64,000 nucleotides of DNA from an uncultured Lachnospiraceae bacterium (GTDB taxonomy: Bacteria > Bacillota > Clostridia > Lachnospirales > Lachnospiraceae). The first letter of the stretch is position 1, and each line of letters starts with the position of its first letter. Of this stretch, positions 37,051-45,898 are shown in pieces. Made by a program: the position numbers and the translations under genes. The stretch covers positions 6,700 through 70,699 of the forward strand of contig CAJTJZ010000007.1 of the NCBI GenBank assembly GCA_910576895.1, in the 5' to 3' direction. Under the pieces are notes generated by a model. The model had not been told where the DNA came from. It did not search any database and saw only the letters and a list, made by a program, of their open reading frames with translations.

Positions 37051-37719
37051 ATGAGTTTTGGAAAAAATTTGCAGTTTTTGAGACATCTGAGAGGTAATAT
37101 GACACAGGAGGATTTGGCTGAAAAAATGAATATCACTCGTCAAACCGTATCGAAATGGGAACTGGATATGGTGCAGCCCGAAATGGACAAGGCAATAGAG
37201 CTTTGCAGACTATTCAATTGCTCACTGGATAACTTGTTCCGCGATGATATGGTCGCTTGTAGTGAAGCATATACAAATTTGCGTATTGAGACTGTTCCGG
37301 CTTTCCGCTATATAAAGTATGCCGTTATAAGTGGCGACCCGGAGAGTGACGCTATAGACAGAGTACGTTCCATTGCCCATAAATGCGGTGTGGGCAATCC
37401 TCGTGTCATTGGCTGGGATTTTCCAAATGTGTCACAGGAGCAAATCAATGTTTTCAATATGCATGGTTATGAAGCGGCATGGATACTGCCTGACGGGGTC
37501 GTCCCTTCTGATATGGAAGTACATGAACAAGCAGCCCATAAATATGCAGCAGTACACATTGGAGAGTCTTTTGAAAATCCATTTGTGAGTATTCCCAATG
37601 CCTATAAAACGCTTATGGAGTATATGCGTGTGAACGGTCTGGAGCATATGGATAAGAATGTTATTCCTTGCTTTGAAACTGACGGAGAGAGTATGGACAT
37701 TTATATTGCCTGTAAGTAG
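37051..37719 (+). CDS. XRE-family HTH regulator with GyrI-like/effector-binding C-terminal domain
   Basis: HTH MTQEDLAEKMNITRQTVSKWE. I place the start at MSFGKNLQFLR (37051). The gene is about 43-50% GC in a roughly 28% GC neighbourhood. Confidence 0.7.
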   Translation: MSFGKNLQFLRHLRGNMTQEDLAEKMNITRQTVSKWELDMVQPEMDKAIELCRLFNCSLDNLFRDDMVACSEAYTNLRIETVPAFRYIKYAVISGDPESDAIDRVRSIAHKCGVGNPRVIGWDFPNVSQEQINVFNMHGYEAAWILPDGVVPSDMEVHEQAAHKYAAVHIGESFENPFVSIPNAYKTLMEYMRVNGLEHMDKNVIPCFETDGESMDIYIACK

Positions 37720-37938
37720 TGCAAATATGGCAGAATATAACAAAGGATTAATGAATGATGGAATTAGCAAAAGTCAGACATGACATACATTGATAATAAA
37801 TAGTATTTTCAAACGTGCATTTGACAGTGACATTGTCTTTGGAGTGCCTTCAAAAGGAGATTGGCTCGGATATATGTCCGTAGATTTTTATATTAAGATG
37901 GCAAAGGCGAATCATTTATAAATTAAGGAGTGATTTTC

Positions 37939-38925
37939 ATGTTTCAAATTTCATTGTCTATTATTGAAATGATTTTACATGATTATGGCATACAATCGAA
38001 AGTTCACTCTTTTAGTGAACTTCAAAGAGATGATGATAAAGAACATAATCCAAAATTGAAAGAAGTGCGTTTGATTATAAAAGTAGAATTAAATAATGGT
38101 TCTGCCGTTGTCATTAGATTTAAAAATGAATTAGGTGTATCTTTAGCGTTAGTAGAGAAACAAAGCCAATTTGCTGTATTATTAAAAGAAAATGGAGTGG
38201 AAACACCAACTTTATATAGAAATAAAGATGGCTTTGCAAAATGGTATTGTATTAATGACTATGATGTTTTTGTAATGGTTGAGGAATTTGTAACAGGAGA
38301 ACTTTGTTATATTACTACTGAAATTGCAGAAAAAACAGGAGAATTACTGGCGAAAATGCATACAATTGCAGAAAGAAATCATTTTCACGTAGAAAATAAG
38401 GTATTATTTAATCCATTTGCAGAAAATGAATTATTTACAGTGTCAGATTTTTTCGCTCATAAAGAAGAATTATGTATAATAGATCAAGCCTTATATCAAG
38501 GGATTGTTGAAAAATATAAGGAATATAACGATATACTTTCCGAGCTTCAAAAAGAGCCAAGCTATGCTGTTCAAGGGGATATTAGTAATTGTAATTTATA
38601 TCAAACAGAAAAAGGAGTTTTAGGAATTTTTGATTTTAATAGATGTGGAGATAATAATTTATATTGTGATGCCATAATGCAGGCTGTTTTTGAGGCTCGT
38701 CTTATGGATTATCCAAAAAACTATGGAAAAGAAAGGGAACAAAAAATATTAACTGCTTTTTTGAAAGGCTATAAAAAGAAACGACCATTTTCTAATCTCC
38801 ATCAAAAAATGTATCCTTATTTATATGCTATTATTGATGCTTTTTGGAGTGCAGATATTAAGTGGAAAGAACATAGTTTGCTTCAAGAACTTGAAAGAGG
38901 AAATCAAAAAACGGTTTGTATGTGA
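37939..38925 (+). CDS. Phosphotransferase-family (APH/choline-kinase-like) protein
   Basis: Catalytic loop QGDISNCNL and IFDFNRCG (the HGD..N / DFD pattern of APH-fold kinases). The ATG at 37939 lies 8 nt after AAGGAG. Confidence 0.6.
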   Translation: MFQISLSIIEMILHDYGIQSKVHSFSELQRDDDKEHNPKLKEVRLIIKVELNNGSAVVIRFKNELGVSLALVEKQSQFAVLLKENGVETPTLYRNKDGFAKWYCINDYDVFVMVEEFVTGELCYITTEIAEKTGELLAKMHTIAERNHFHVENKVLFNPFAENELFTVSDFFAHKEELCIIDQALYQGIVEKYKEYNDILSELQKEPSYAVQGDISNCNLYQTEKGVLGIFDFNRCGDNNLYCDAIMQAVFEARLMDYPKNYGKEREQKILTAFLKGYKKKRPFSNLHQKMYPYLYAIIDAFWSADIKWKEHSLLQELERGNQKTVCM

Positions 38926-39014
38926 TTGAAGGAAATTTATCAAAGAATTAGTAATTGTTAGACTATTTTTACTATTTTATAAAAAATTTTGATAGAATTT
39001 CCCATTTAGTTTAG

Positions 39015-39050
39015 AAGCCTGCCTAGATAAGTACAAGGCAGGCTTTTTTT
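39015..39050 (+). terminator. Rho-independent terminator
   Basis: AAGCCTGCCT-loop-AAGGCAGGCTT followed by TTTTTT. Confidence 0.8.
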
Positions 39051-39062
39051 ATATTTTATGTT

Positions 39063-40244
39063 CTATAGTGCTTTTTCAAAGAAAGCAAGCATATGTTCAC
39101 TCCAATCTTTACAAGAACAACTATATCCCAGACCAACACCATGATCACCTGTAGGATACGTTTCACATAGATGCAAAACATTTGTTTTATCAAGAGCTTC
39201 TTTTAACCGAATGGTATTGCTTACAGGAACACATCCATCGTCTTTATTGGAAAATGCATAAGTCGGTGGATAATTAGAAGTAATATGTAGTTCTACCGAT
39301 AGTGCTTTTTGAAGTCCTGTTTTTTGATTTGTAAGGTTTAAGTAACTGCCTTCATGATAATCAGATAGAAAACTAATGACTGGGTAGAGAAGGCCAACAT
39401 TATCTGGACGGGCAGAAATAGTTTGGTATTTTTCTAATATAGAGCTATGTTGTTTTTTACTTGCAAATTCTTCTAATACTTTTTGTTTTAAAGAATCATA
39501 TAAATATGCTTCGCTTGCACAAAGATGTCCACCAGCAGAAGCTCCCAATATTATAATCTGATTTGGATTAATTTGATATTCCTCAGCATTAGCACGAATA
39601 TGCATAATGGCTAGAGCTAAATCCATTTGTGGCAGAGGATAATAATTAGGTGTAATTCTATAATTTAAAATAAATGCTTTATAGCCGCCATCTCGTTCCA
39701 TACGTTGTGCAAGCTGTACACCTTCAGAATAAGAAGAAAGCATTTCATAAGCACCGCCGGGACAAATAATAACAGCAGGACGTTTTGATAGGTTTCGTTT
39801 TTCGGAAGAAACAGCAAGAGATGGATAAGGTGGTATAGAACCAGCTCCAGCAGTATTTGCAAATGCTATATTATCTATGATTGGATTGCCTGTAAATAAA
39901 AATACACTGTTTTGATTATTTTGATCAGAATCTGGAATCCATGGATTTGAATAAGCATTTAGAAACGTTGATACATGATTGGCTTCTTCTTTCCAAAGAG
40001 GAATAAAAAGAAAACGCTGTTTTTTTACTGTTTCCATAAGCAGATTAGCACATTCAAGGAAAGCATCGGATAAAAAAGGGCAGCCCCAATCCATAGAAAC
40101 TTCTTTTTCTATTTCTGCTAATGTATGATGGAAATATTGTTGTGGAACTTGAGAAAGCCAGCAAGAAGGGAATAAATTTCCAATTGCCTCTTTGATTGGT
40201 TTTGTATTCATAATTTTTTCTAAAGTATCATTTTTAGTAAACAT
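39063..40244 (-). CDS. Alpha/beta hydrolase (esterase/lipase family) with N-terminal extra domain
   Basis: ICPGGAY oxyanion region and the GASAGGHL nucleophile elbow. The ATG at 40244 follows AGGAGG. Confidence 0.7.
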   Translation of the reverse strand: MFTKNDTLEKIMNTKPIKEAIGNLFPSCWLSQVPQQYFHHTLAEIEKEVSMDWGCPFLSDAFLECANLLMETVKKQRFLFIPLWKEEANHVSTFLNAYSNPWIPDSDQNNQNSVFLFTGNPIIDNIAFANTAGAGSIPPYPSLAVSSEKRNLSKRPAVIICPGGAYEMLSSYSEGVQLAQRMERDGGYKAFILNYRITPNYYPLPQMDLALAIMHIRANAEEYQINPNQIIILGASAGGHLCASEAYLYDSLKQKVLEEFASKKQHSSILEKYQTISARPDNVGLLYPVISFLSDYHEGSYLNLTNQKTGLQKALSVELHITSNYPPTYAFSNKDDGCVPVSNTIRLKEALDKTNVLHLCETYPTGDHGVGLGYSCSCKDWSEHMLAFFEKAL

Positions 40245-40449
40245 CAGGAAACCTCCTTTTAAAAAAACAGAAAAATTATTGTAGATATTTTTTAAGTTTA
40301 TTTTAATATGAATATTCTGAAAAAACAAGAGTATTTCTTATAAAGCTTGGTAAATAGATATATGTAATGGTAGAAAAAATAAATAACTTATGATATACTA
40401 GTTGTGTTTTCCCAAACAATAATGAAAGGAATGGCAGAAAAGAAGGAAG

Positions 40450-41175
40450 ATGCAATATACAATAGCAATTTGTGATGATGATACAAAAGAATTGCATGAG
40501 GCAGAGAAGTTGTGCAAGGAGTATGGAGAAAAAAATAAAATAAATTTAACAATATGGCTTTATACATCAAGTGTCAATTTAAAAGATTCTATAAAAAAGA
40601 ATGGCTATCCTGATATTTTATTATTAGATATTTATATGCCAGATGAGAATGGAATAGAAACAGCAGAATTTTTAAGAAATCATGGCTTTTCTAATCCTAT
40701 TATTTTTCTTACATCTTCAACAGGATATGCAATGGATGCTTATAGATTAGACGCTTTGCAGTATTTTGTAAAACCTTTAGAAAGTAATCGTTTTTTCGAT
40801 ACCTTGAATAAAGCATTTTTACTACAAAAAGAGAAGAAAAAACAATATCTTATCTTGCGTGTGGATGGAGTTTTACAAAAAATCCCATTAGCAGAAATTA
40901 TTTATTGTGAAGCACAAAAACATAATAAAGTATTCTATCTTGAGAAAGGAATACAAAAAAGAAGCAGACTCACAATGGAAGAGTTAAGCAAATATTTAAA
41001 GGAAAGAGATGGTTTTGTTCAAGTAGGAAATTCTTATATAATTAATCTTTATCATGTAACTGCGATATCTTCTAAAGAAGTTTTATTTGATACAGAAATG
41101 GCACTTCGTTTACCTAGAGGAGCTTATACATCCTTAAGAGATTCTTATTTTCGATATTATTGCGAGGAAGAATAA
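40450..41175 (+). CDS. LytTR-family response regulator (AgrA-like)
   Basis: Receiver domain (IAICDDD..LLLDIYMPDENG) plus a LytTR DNA-binding domain (IIYCEA....V....G........L..). Confidence 0.88.
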   Translation: MQYTIAICDDDTKELHEAEKLCKEYGEKNKINLTIWLYTSSVNLKDSIKKNGYPDILLLDIYMPDENGIETAEFLRNHGFSNPIIFLTSSTGYAMDAYRLDALQYFVKPLESNRFFDTLNKAFLLQKEKKKQYLILRVDGVLQKIPLAEIIYCEAQKHNKVFYLEKGIQKRSRLTMEELSKYLKERDGFVQVGNSYIINLYHVTAISSKEVLFDTEMALRLPRGAYTSLRDSYFRYYCEEE

Positions 41176-41176
41176 A

Positions 41177-42469
41177 ATGGCATTAGGAATTACACTAGAA
41201 TTTAGTATATTACGTAACTTTATTGAGATATTTTTATTTTGTTTTTTATTTTTAATGTTAGATAAGCCGCGTTTTTCTTGGAAAAAAATAATTTTGTTTT
41301 ATGCCATATTTCTTATTTTTCATACAGTGATTGGTACTCTATGGGTATTATATGAGCCTGCCAGTTATGAAAAATATTGTACTGTTTCCATTGTATTATG
41401 GTCTATTTTATTTTTTTATAGTATGAGTAAAACAACAATTTTTCAGGTATTATATAATATTGCCCTGCAAGTTTTTGTTCTATTATTTGGTATTTTTATT
41501 AGTGTTCGTATAGCACAAATCTTTTTTCATAGTAATCCTTGGATCGATATTCTTTTTCGCATTCTCTATTTTATATTAGTCGTTATTTTATATTATCGGT
41601 ATTTAAGGAAACCTTATCTTAGTGTACTTAGTTATCGAGGGATTCATTGGGCAATGTTAGCATTCGTAGCTTTATTAGGAGATATTATTGTTATTTATTA
41701 TGGTATGATACCAAGGCATGTTATGGTACGAACAGTAAGAGAACAAATTATTGCAGTAGGAATTACTTGCCTTCTTTTTATTACCAATATTTATATGTTA
41801 CAAACGATATTTCTTGTAGAGGAAGAACGTAAAGTAAAAGAAAAACTAAAGTATAGTATGATGAATAATGCTTTTTTGAAAAAGGAATTTGCCTTAATTG
41901 AAGAAAGTGTACAAGAAACAAAACGTATTCAACATGATATTAAACATCATAATAAAATGATTGCAGAATTTGCTCGTAAAAAAGATATGGAAAATTTATT
42001 TCTTTATTTACAGGAATTAGATAAGGAGAATTGTTTTGTACATTATTGTAATAATCATACAATTAATAGTATTCTAACTATTTATATACAACGTGCAAAA
42101 AGGGAGAAAATTGAAGTAACTACTAAAATAGAGATAAAGCAAGAGATTAAAATTAGAGATATTGATTTGACTTCCATTTTGGGAAATGCATTGGAAAATG
42201 CAATTCATGGTTGTATTTTATCGGAAAAACCATTAAAAGAAATAAAGATAGCTATTTATACAAAAGGGAAAAAATTAGTAATCATTGTAGAAAATACTTG
42301 TAAGGAAGATAGTATTTGCTTTATAGATGGAATGCCAAAATCAAAAAGTCGGGAAGGCATTGGTACTTATAGTATGAAGAAAAGTGTAGATTTTTACCAT
42401 GGGGATATTGATTTTAGATGCAAAAATGGAAATTTTTTATGTAGGATATTAGTAACATTACCTTCTTAG
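41177..42469 (+). CDS. AgrC/ComD-like (HPK10) sensor histidine kinase
   Basis: Six N-terminal TM helices, H-box RIQHDIKHHNKMI, N-box LGNALENAIHG, and G region REGIGTYSMKKSV. Confidence 0.85.
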   Translation: MALGITLEFSILRNFIEIFLFCFLFLMLDKPRFSWKKIILFYAIFLIFHTVIGTLWVLYEPASYEKYCTVSIVLWSILFFYSMSKTTIFQVLYNIALQVFVLLFGIFISVRIAQIFFHSNPWIDILFRILYFILVVILYYRYLRKPYLSVLSYRGIHWAMLAFVALLGDIIVIYYGMIPRHVMVRTVREQIIAVGITCLLFITNIYMLQTIFLVEEERKVKEKLKYSMMNNAFLKKEFALIEESVQETKRIQHDIKHHNKMIAEFARKKDMENLFLYLQELDKENCFVHYCNNHTINSILTIYIQRAKREKIEVTTKIEIKQEIKIRDIDLTSILGNALENAIHGCILSEKPLKEIKIAIYTKGKKLVIIVENTCKEDSICFIDGMPKSKSREGIGTYSMKKSVDFYHGDIDFRCKNGNFLCRILVTLPS

Positions 42470-42490
42470 AATTATTATGATTTTAACTAT

Positions 42491-42529
42491 ACTCACGAAC
42501 GAAAAATTTTTCCTTTTTCGTTCGTGAGT
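42491..42529. other. Perfect 16-bp stem hairpin downstream of the kinase gene (terminator-like, no U-tract)
   Basis: ACTCACGAACGAAAAA-tttttcc-TTTTTCGTTCGTGAGT. Confidence 0.6.
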
Positions 42530-42625
42530 TCGTGCCGACCGCAACCACGAAGTGGCTTATTTCCTTGTGCGGTCGTGCACATCATGTTATACTGAGCGGT
42601 CATGTTTTTCGACCGCCAGTATAAT
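42527..42625. repeat. GC-rich two-hairpin intergenic repeat, copy 2
   Basis: It has the same left (42527-42543) and right (42563-42625) blocks as copy 1. The central insert is 19 nt here and 47 nt in copy 1. Confidence 0.85.
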
Positions 42626-43367
42626 CATATTTATTGGTGAATCTCTTAATAAAAACATCTCTAAAACTCTTTTGATATGCTCTTGCTATTTTCATAATTT
42701 CTCCATTATCAAATTGAAAATCTTGAATATGCAATATCTCAATATGATTCATATTAACTAGATATGTACTTTGAGCTAACGCAAATCCATATCGTCCATA
42801 TTTTTCCAGTAATTGCCCTGGTTTTTCATCTACAAGAAGTTTGTCTACATGCTTTGCTTCTTCGCATTTTGGGCATACTACTACTCTCCCACCTCGTTTG
42901 TAATTTTCTATATACAAAATATTATTTATTTTTATCTTCATAATACTCCATCTATAATGTGTTATCATAGTAGGTTCTTTGGATCTTTTTTCAACCTCAT
43001 CTAAAATCTCTTTTATCGTCTCAGTAAATTCTTTATAATCTTGTTGTTTCAATAAATACCGAAAAGGTGTTGCTTTAAAAGAATGAATGGTTGGTTGATA
43101 AATTCCTGAGCAGAAAACAAGTACAGCATATGGAAATTTTTTACGAAACTGTTCTGCCACCTGATTTCCATCCATCTCTCCAAGCTGCATATCAAGAATC
43201 AGTAAATCATAATCAATTCCTCTATCCAAATTATAAACGAATTCTTCTCCTGACGTAAATTCATATATTTTAAAATCAATATTTTTATCCCCTTTAGCCT
43301 TATTAAGTACACCTTTGAGATAAGAAATAAATATATTACTATCATCACATATTGCTATATCATACAT
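42600..43367 (-). CDS. LytTR-family response regulator (second copy), 3' end runs into the repeat
   Basis: Receiver domain (IAICDDS..LILDMQLGEMDG) plus a LytTR domain. The last 8 codons (DYTGGRKT) and the stop codon are encoded by the repeat element. Confidence 0.85.
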   Translation of the reverse strand: MYDIAICDDSNIFISYLKGVLNKAKGDKNIDFKIYEFTSGEEFVYNLDRGIDYDLLILDMQLGEMDGNQVAEQFRKKFPYAVLVFCSGIYQPTIHSFKATPFRYLLKQQDYKEFTETIKEILDEVEKRSKEPTMITHYRWSIMKIKINNILYIENYKRGGRVVVCPKCEEAKHVDKLLVDEKPGQLLEKYGRYGFALAQSTYLVNMNHIEILHIQDFQFDNGEIMKIARAYQKSFRDVFIKRFTNKYDYTGGRKT

Positions 43368-43380
43368 AAGGCTTCACCCT

Positions 43381-43967
43381 TTACTTCTTTTTTCTACGTA
43401 CTTTCTCAATAAACAATATTATCACCTGTATTACATATGAAAAAGTAATTAAATACACAATTTCATTCCAATCCATCAATATCATCATTATATAAACAAT
43501 AAAATGTAATAACACTATTATCCTTATCTTTTTACGATATACTTTTTTTCATCTATTGATATTAGCTTAGTCTTTGTGTCCACAGGAGCAAAACAAAATA
43601 TACATATAGAACATATAATAAAATTACTCAAAAATACAATATTATTAAACCTATCTACTATATACTCTATATTTATAAGCATTAATACAATAATCAAATT
43701 AGAATATATGGTACATTTCCAAAACTTATCTGCATGCCATCCACCACAAAAACTTCTTAATGGTATGTATATTATCAAAAATAAAATTACCAACAACCAT
43801 TTTCCTGAAATCCCTGCGATAATCAAGGCAATAATTATATTTACAAATACCTCACAAACTAGTATATAACCATACTTATAAATATTTACTTCCTCTATTG
43901 ATATTATATTTTCTTCTAACTGCTTATTAATAATTTTATCTACTAGATTTTCTATCATATTATACAC
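43381..43967 (-). pseudogene. agrB: AgrB-family peptide-processing membrane protease, interrupted by a frameshift in an A7 tract
   Basis: PLRSFCGGWHADKFWKC is the AgrB core. The ORF stops at 43524 after 147 aa. The next frame continues without stops (VYRKKIRIIVLLHFIVYIMMILMDWNEIVYLITFSYVIQVIILFIEKVRRKKK) to 43381, which would restore a typical length of about 190 aa. Confidence 0.75.
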
Positions 43968-44399
43968 CCTATAAAGTCATATTTTAAATTTTATATAATA
44001 TCCTAAACCATTTATAAGCTATATGTCTATATTTTATATTTACTTAACATCCTCTGAAGTAAGTTTACTTGTTTTCTTATACCTTAATTCTTCAGCCAAA
44101 CCATATATTTATATTTCTTCTCCAAATAAATAATTACTATGATAAAATCTTGAAACATCCATTTCTAATGTTTCTATTATTTCATATGCGACTTTAAATA
44201 AACTTGTTATTATATTTCCTTCTTTATTAATTGTATACACAAAATATTTCTGTTTTTCTTTATCATATTTCTTTTTGTTAGAACATGGAATTAATTTTTA
44301 TTATTCATTTCTATTATCATCTATAAAAATATAATCCCATAGCAGTTCTATTTTCTCATATAGAATATATCAATTCTTTCTAAATATATTGTAGTAGAT

Positions 44400-44428
44400 A
44401 CTATATATCATTTTAAAAATTTTGTCAA
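44400..44428 (-). promoter_or_regulatory. Strong sigma-A-type promoter pointing toward agrB
   Basis: Minus strand: TTGACA (44428-44423), 17-nt spacer, TATAGT (44405-44400). Confidence 0.55.
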
Positions 44429-44496
44429 TAACTGATTTTCTAAATTTTTTAAAATAGGACTGAAAATTCTAATAACGATACACTATCTCTACAAGC

Positions 44497-44526
44497 AAAA
44501 AAACGGACTCCAAAGAATCCGTTTTT
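44497..44526. terminator. Bidirectional rho-independent terminator after the XRE-membrane gene
   Basis: AAAAAAACGGA-ctccaaagaa-TCCGTTTTT, with A/T runs on both sides. Confidence 0.7.
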
Positions 44527-44569
44527 CATTCTATTTCTATTTTTACAATATAATTATTTTTATCTATTT

Positions 44570-45613
44570 TTATTCTTTACTTTGTCTTTTCATAATTCCA
44601 TTTAATATATTCCAGATTGCCGCAAATAATACGCCTGCCACTGGCCAAACAATCCAAGAACGTCCCCAGTTTTGGAAATAAAAGCTAATCAATAAATAAA
44701 ACGCTGTAATGAAGCACCAATATGCTCCAGAAAAGAAAGACAATCGTTTTCCTATTTCCTTTTTTTCTTCTGTATAATCTCCTATCTGCAATAATTTTTC
44801 ATAGCTACCTTGAACACTCCCTGTTTTTACAAATAAAAATACACCAATTGCTATTAAAATAAGTAATAAATCAAGGCAATAAATAAAAAACATATCTTCT
44901 TTTTCCAGTGCAACTGCTATCATAAGAGGAATAACACCAAGAATACATAAAACAACACCTGCACAAGTTCTGGAACGAAAAGTTGTTTCAAACTCTTTTC
45001 TGTTTTTTTCCACAAGCTCCTCTACTCCCTGCTGCAATATAAAACTTTCTTTTTCCAAATATTCAAATTTTGATAACTGCATTCCATAAAAAATAAACAT
45101 AGCAACTGCAACTGCAACAAAAAGAAGTAAAATAACAATACCCATTCCAGCAGCCATGGCTTCTGTTATCTGAAATCCAAAGATAGCATTTCCATATTCA
45201 GAATATCCTCCAAGTAACAATAAACATACTGGTGAAAGAATGCATAACATAACAGCAAATGCCATTTTTACAGAAAGTCTTTTTGTTATCTCCATAAATT
45301 CTGTCGCTTCCTCTAAAGAAACACTCTTTAGCTTTTTATTTGTTTTACTTGTTTCCTTTTGATACTCCAAAGGATTTAATACAACTTGTTGTATTTTTTC
45401 TGAATCCTCTTTATCCTCTTTTAATAAGTAATCCGTACTTACATGAAAAATCTCACTGATTCTTACAAGTTTATCCAGTTCTGGAACAGAAGTTTCACTC
45501 TCCCATTTTGATATGGATTGTCTAGATATGCCAAGCTGTTCTGCTAAATCTTCTTGTGACCAACCCTGCTGTTTTCGCAAATAGACAATTTTTTCTCCTA
45601 ATGTCATATTCAT
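44570..45613 (-). CDS. XRE-family HTH protein with C-terminal multi-TM domain
   Basis: [24 protein letters not shown], followed by a linker and about six hydrophobic helices. Confidence 0.8.
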   Translation of the reverse strand: MNMTLGEKIVYLRKQQGWSQEDLAEQLGISRQSISKWESETSVPELDKLVRISEIFHVSTDYLLKEDKEDSEKIQQVVLNPLEYQKETSKTNKKLKSVSLEEATEFMEITKRLSVKMAFAVMLCILSPVCLLLLGGYSEYGNAIFGFQITEAMAAGMGIVILLLFVAVAVAMFIFYGMQLSKFEYLEKESFILQQGVEELVEKNRKEFETTFRSRTCAGVVLCILGVIPLMIAVALEKEDMFFIYCLDLLLILIAIGVFLFVKTGSVQGSYEKLLQIGDYTEEKKEIGKRLSFFSGAYWCFITAFYLLISFYFQNWGRSWIVWPVAGVLFAAIWNILNGIMKRQSKE

Positions 45614-45898
45614 TCCAACCTTTCTTTTTTATGAAACAATTTTAACATATATTAATTACCATAAGTCGCTGCAGCTTCTTTCCTAAATAATGATATCATA
45701 AATTTTAGTTCATGACTACCAAATACACTTGAAAATTCCGCAACTACTGGTTGCAATTACTGTTTTTCCATAAAAATTTTTCCAATCATAAAAAATTTTT
45801 CCAACCTTTTCTGAACTTCTGTGTCTTTATATAATATAGATAAGATATTTCTGAACAATTCCTAATGATCAAATAAAGAAAGGAGCAGAAAATAATCA

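Noticed and set aside
43381-43488. 35-aa hydrophobic sORF (MMILMDWNEIVYLITFSYVIQVIILFIEKVRRKKK) between agrB and the LytTR regulator, in the position where AgrD would be expected.
   Set aside because: It has no Cys/Ser ring-forming residue and no acidic C-terminal AgrD tail. Its frame is open upstream all the way to the A7 tract inside agrB. It is best explained as the C-terminal TM helix of a frameshifted AgrB.
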